DNA from: Phycisphaerales bacterium
Lineage (GTDB): Bacteria > Planctomycetota > Phycisphaerae > Phycisphaerales > UBA1924
Assembly: GCA_965227775.1 (NCBI GenBank)
Contig: OZ245777.1
Coordinates: forward strand, 1,600,001-1,664,000
Reading direction: 5' to 3'
Length of the DNA: 64,000 nucleotides
Every line of letters begins with the position of its first letter. The first letter of the stretch is position 1. Shown in pieces: positions 60,734 through 64,000 of this stretch. Under the pieces are notes generated by a model. That model had not been told where the DNA came from, did no database searches, and saw only the letters and a program-made list of their open reading frames with translations. A program made the position numbers and the translations under genes.

Positions 60734-60903
60734 GCGGCCGCCGCCAAACACCCACCCATCCCACCGTCAAGATTGCGTGAAGCCAGAGTTGGGGTGCTCG
60801 AATGAGCTATGCCATGGCGGCTACGATTGCGCAAAGATTGCGCGTCGATCAGTGTGGGTCGCTCGCACTCGATTTGTTCCAACCCGTTCTGGGAGAGATG
60901 GTT

Positions 60904-61731
60904 ATGAAGATCGCTGCCACCTTCGTGGCCGTGGCTGCCGCAGCCACCGCATTTGCTCCGTTCGCGCACGCCCAAGACGAGGTCGCCTACTGGTCGTTCA
61001 ACCAGCAGGCCCTGCCCGGCGGTGGCTTCGGCTATCTCGCCGGCTCGTTCCCCTTCCCGGCTGAGTTTGGTGATCAGGCCGGCACGGCCACGATCAACGT
61101 CAGCGGCGGCATCACCGACGAGCTCACCACCACCAGCGGTGGCGACGAGGTCTTTGAGTGGATCGAGTCGTTCAGCGGCACCGACATCGGCGCCGAGTTC
61201 GGCGAAGGCAGCGGCGGGTCGCTGGCCGTCCAGGGCGGCACCGACACGCTCAACAACGGCAGCCAGATCACCGTGAGCTTCGACGGCACGGGCCTCGATG
61301 ATCTCGAACTCTACTTCGCCGCCCGCCGCACGGGTTCGGGCTTCGCAAGCATTACCATCGAGCTCTTCGATGGCGATGCGCTCGTTTCCGAGGTCGTGAG
61401 TGCCTTCGACGTGGGCTCGGACTTCGCGCTGCAGTTCTTCGCGATCGATGACCTCGACGGCGTTGAGGATGCACGCGTCGTCGTCACGCTCGATGGCGCA
61501 ACCGGCTCGACCGGTAACATCCGCACCGACAACTGGCTCATCGAGGGCGACACCGCCACCGGCGGCTGCCGCGCCGATCTTGACGGTGACGGTGAGCTGA
61601 CCATCTTCGACTTCCTGCAGTTCCAGAATCTGTTCGACACCGGCGATCTGGCCGCCGACTTCGACGGCGACGGCGAGTTGACTCTCTTCGACTTCCTCGC
61701 ATTCCAGAACGAGTTCGACGCGGGCTGCTAA
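60904..61731 (+). CDS. Secreted protein with a C-terminal GC-type dockerin anchor
   Basis: AHA-type signal peptide, a PEP-CTERM-like passenger ('AYWSFN...GNIR.DN..I.G') and 'CRADLDGDG...DAGC'. Confidence 0.88.
   Translation: MKIAATFVAVAAAATAFAPFAHAQDEVAYWSFNQQALPGGGFGYLAGSFPFPAEFGDQAGTATINVSGGITDELTTTSGGDEVFEWIESFSGTDIGAEFGEGSGGSLAVQGGTDTLNNGSQITVSFDGTGLDDLELYFAARRTGSGFASITIELFDGDALVSEVVSAFDVGSDFALQFFAIDDLDGVEDARVVVTLDGATGSTGNIRTDNWLIEGDTATGGCRADLDGDGELTIFDFLQFQNLFDTGDLAADFDGDGELTLFDFLAFQNEFDAGC
61567..61731 (+). repeat. GC-type dockerin cassette, copy 3
   Basis: Same duplicated motif as copies 1 and 2. Confidence 0.85.
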
Positions 61732-61810
61732 GCGACTCAACGATCGACTACCCACGCACCGGCTCCGCGGCGACGCGGGGCCGGTGTTCGTTTTGGGCCA
61801 AGAATGGGCC

Positions 61811-62479
61811 ATGCCGAATCGTCTCCCGGGCCACGGGCGCATCTCCATCGACGACCTGCGCGACGAGCGGCTGGTCGTCGGGCTGATCGTCGCGATGCTG
61901 GTGACCGCCGGCGTAGTCGTGCAGACGAAACTCATGAATGGCCCCTTCGGTGGGCAGACAGTGCTCCATTTGCTGCAGGGGCCGATCGTCGCCGTGTACG
62001 GATCCGTGCTCGCGTTCTGCGTCGACCCTCGACGCGGGTTCTTGCCAGCGATCCTGTTCGTCGTGCTTGGCGTCTCACAGCCAGCATGGGCTCTGGCCGT
62101 CGCCATCATGGGCGGCACGCTCTTTGGTGGGTCGAACGCCATGACTACGGCATGGCTCTACGGGGGCACGGGCCTGGTGCTCGGCATTCCCGTTTGTTGG
62201 GTCGTGTGGCGGTGGTGGTCGGTCGTGTCGATGGCCGCGACGGCGCTCATCAGCGCATGTTTGGGGGCGTTGGCGCCTATGACCCTCCTCGGCGTGCCCT
62301 CCGAAGGCCTTGCGATCGCGATGCTGCACCTGGGCCTGTGCTACACGCTGACGGCGGCGACCATCGAGCGCACGTGGCGCATCGTGCCAGACCACGGATC
62401 GAGTTGTCCCGCGTGTGGTTACCCGCGAGAGGGTCTTCGGGCCAACATCTGTCCCGAGTGCGGCGGGCGGCTGCCCTAG
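61811..62479 (+). CDS. Membrane protein with a C-terminal Zn ribbon
   Basis: Multiple TM helices, then 'CPACGYPREGL...ICPECG'. Confidence 0.7.
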   Translation: MPNRLPGHGRISIDDLRDERLVVGLIVAMLVTAGVVVQTKLMNGPFGGQTVLHLLQGPIVAVYGSVLAFCVDPRRGFLPAILFVVLGVSQPAWALAVAIMGGTLFGGSNAMTTAWLYGGTGLVLGIPVCWVVWRWWSVVSMAATALISACLGALAPMTLLGVPSEGLAIAMLHLGLCYTLTAATIERTWRIVPDHGSSCPACGYPREGLRANICPECGGRLP

Positions 62480-63823
62480 CTACCGACCCAGCACGACCGC
62501 CGCGCACTGCCCACCCAGCGCGTGCGTGCACACCAGCACGCGTTCGAGCTTTGTATCGCGCGATGGCGCCGGTTGCGCGCGTAAGCCATCCTGCGGCGTT
62601 CCGGCATGCACGCGGGCCGGCAGACGCTGGTGGCGCAGCGCGAGCGCCGCCGCCGCGACGAGCATCGAGCCGCCGGCGGCCATGGTCTCGCCGAGTTGCG
62701 GGCTGAGCCAGCAAAGCTCCACCTCCGCCAGTTGCTTACGAAACACGTGCGCCAGCGCTTTGGACTCGGCTTCGTCGAGTGCGACCTCTCCCGCGGCGTG
62801 GCAGAAGACGGCGTCGATCTGGTCCGCAGACGTGCCCGCGTCGTTGATGGCAAGCTCCATCGCCCGGGCCAGCGACTCGACAAGGCCACTTGCAGATCCG
62901 CCAGCCGATGCACCCAGTCCCGCCATCACCGGTGCGCCGGCGCTGATGTCAGGCACCGCTTGCGCCGCACCGAATCCGAGCAACCTCGCGATGGTCTCTT
63001 GTTCCCGCGATTGACCCGCCTCGGCCCGCTCCAGGAAGCACACGGCTGCGCCCTCTCCGGGGACGCTGCCGCGAGCGTCAGAGTCGAACGGCCGAACGAT
63101 GCCCGTTGGGTCTTCGATGCCGGCGGTATCCGCGAGCCGCCCCGCCAGACGCAAGCGTTCGATCGCGAGGTGGTTCACCCGGCTATCCCCGCTGCCCGCG
63201 ATGCTCGCGTCGGCGTCGCCGCGCTCGATGACGCGCATCGCCTCGCCGATGCTCAGGAGCCCGCTCGCCTCGCCCGCCGTGATCGTGTTGCTCGGCCCCT
63301 TGGCCTGATGCAGGATGCTCACGTGGCACGCCAGCATGTTGGGCAGGTACTTGAGCATCCACAACGGCGTCAGTTGGCCCATGCCGGTCTCGCCCCACTT
63401 GCCCATGTCCCACTCGCTCGCGTCATCAGCCGCGGTGTGCATGGCGCGTGCCAGCTCGGCGATCTCCGGGGCGATGAGCGCCGCGCCTACGTGCGTGCCT
63501 AGGCGGTGGGGCGGGTAAGGCCGCTCGCTGTCCTCTTCGGTCCCCAGCCTAGCAGCTATCGCCGCCTCGTTGGCCGCCACCACGGCAAGCTGGATGTCCC
63601 GCGCCATCACCCGCGCGAACTTGCGGTAGTGCTTGGGCAGGTGGTCCTTCATCGAGAGCGCCGGCGCCTCCGCCGCGAACTGGCACGAGAACCCGCTCGC
63701 GTTGAGCACGGTCGGCCGTCCGATGGCGACCCGCCCCTCGCACAGCCCTTCCCAGAACGCCTCGGCCCCCAGCCCCAGCGCGCTGACGACTCCCAGACCC
63801 GTGATGGCGATCGGTTCAGCCAA
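62480..63823 (-). CDS. Beta-ketoacyl synthase (FabF-like) homologue lacking catalytic residues
   Basis: 'ITGLGVVS.LG', 'PNM.A', 'GPS.T', 'RPFD', 'GEGAA'. The active-site loop reads 'TAGEAS' with no Cys. Start is uncertain (63823 or 63877). Confidence 0.85.
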   Translation of the reverse strand: MAEPIAITGLGVVSALGLGAEAFWEGLCEGRVAIGRPTVLNASGFSCQFAAEAPALSMKDHLPKHYRKFARVMARDIQLAVVAANEAAIAARLGTEEDSERPYPPHRLGTHVGAALIAPEIAELARAMHTAADDASEWDMGKWGETGMGQLTPLWMLKYLPNMLACHVSILHQAKGPSNTITAGEASGLLSIGEAMRVIERGDADASIAGSGDSRVNHLAIERLRLAGRLADTAGIEDPTGIVRPFDSDARGSVPGEGAAVCFLERAEAGQSREQETIARLLGFGAAQAVPDISAGAPVMAGLGASAGGSASGLVESLARAMELAINDAGTSADQIDAVFCHAAGEVALDEAESKALAHVFRKQLAEVELCWLSPQLGETMAAGGSMLVAAAALALRHQRLPARVHAGTPQDGLRAQPAPSRDTKLERVLVCTHALGGQCAAVVLGR

Positions 63824-63918
63824 TGTCCGGCAGTGTATTGCCCCCGCCCGCGACTTTGGCCCGGTTGCAACCGACACCGATTGGGCTCGATCGACGCCCG
63901 CTGCCGATACCTACCCCC

Positions 63919-64000
63919 GTGCCCCGTTCGCCGATATCTCGCTTCGACACCGGCTGGCCGCTGGTGGTCGCCGGCCTGGCCCTCGTGGCCGCCGTGGTGC
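63919..64000 (+). CDS. Start of a probable membrane-anchored protein (3'-truncated)
   Basis: GTG then 'PRSPISRFDTGWPLVVAGLALVAAVV', a hydrophobic stretch open to the window end. Confidence 0.4.
   Translation, partial: MPRSPISRFDTGWPLVVAGLALVAAVV

Noticed and set aside
60427..62142. 571-aa minus-strand ORF
   Set aside because: It is the shadow of three plus-strand genes, including the dockerin protein.

Overview
This is a high-GC bacterial chromosomal window. It most likely comes from a Phycisphaerales-type planctomycete, inferred from three GC-type dockerin-anchored proteins, a TPR plus tandem RNAP alpha-CTD protein and several Zn-ribbon membrane proteins. It is mostly housekeeping: mscK/corA/cyaB, ligA, folD, FKBP PPIases, pdxA, MATE, asnS, folC, LOG, HU, ferredoxin, a glycogen locus with a GT3-type synthase (glgP, GT3, glgB, malQ, GH57), pxpBCA, a his operon, dnaK, mqnE and a non-catalytic ketosynthase. 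A small accessory block lies at about 45.6-52.4 kb. I saw no rRNA, tRNA, CRISPR array, integrase or transposase. Highlights: (1) a 1110-aa membrane protein whose C-terminal quarter reads like an HK97 capsid/encapsulin fold followed by an Ada-type Zn finger, a candidate capsid-decoy or capsid-sensor protein; (2) a HisA-HisI-HisE fusion next to hisD that closely mirrors fungal His4; (3) an unannotated His-rich leader peptide with a full attenuator; (4) a TANNNT -10 box 5-7 nt before at least 12 start codons, suggesting widespread leaderless mRNAs; (5) a candidate ~75-nt sRNA; (6) a near-consensus sigma54 promoter for dnaK. All family calls come from motif recognition by eye; no searches were run.
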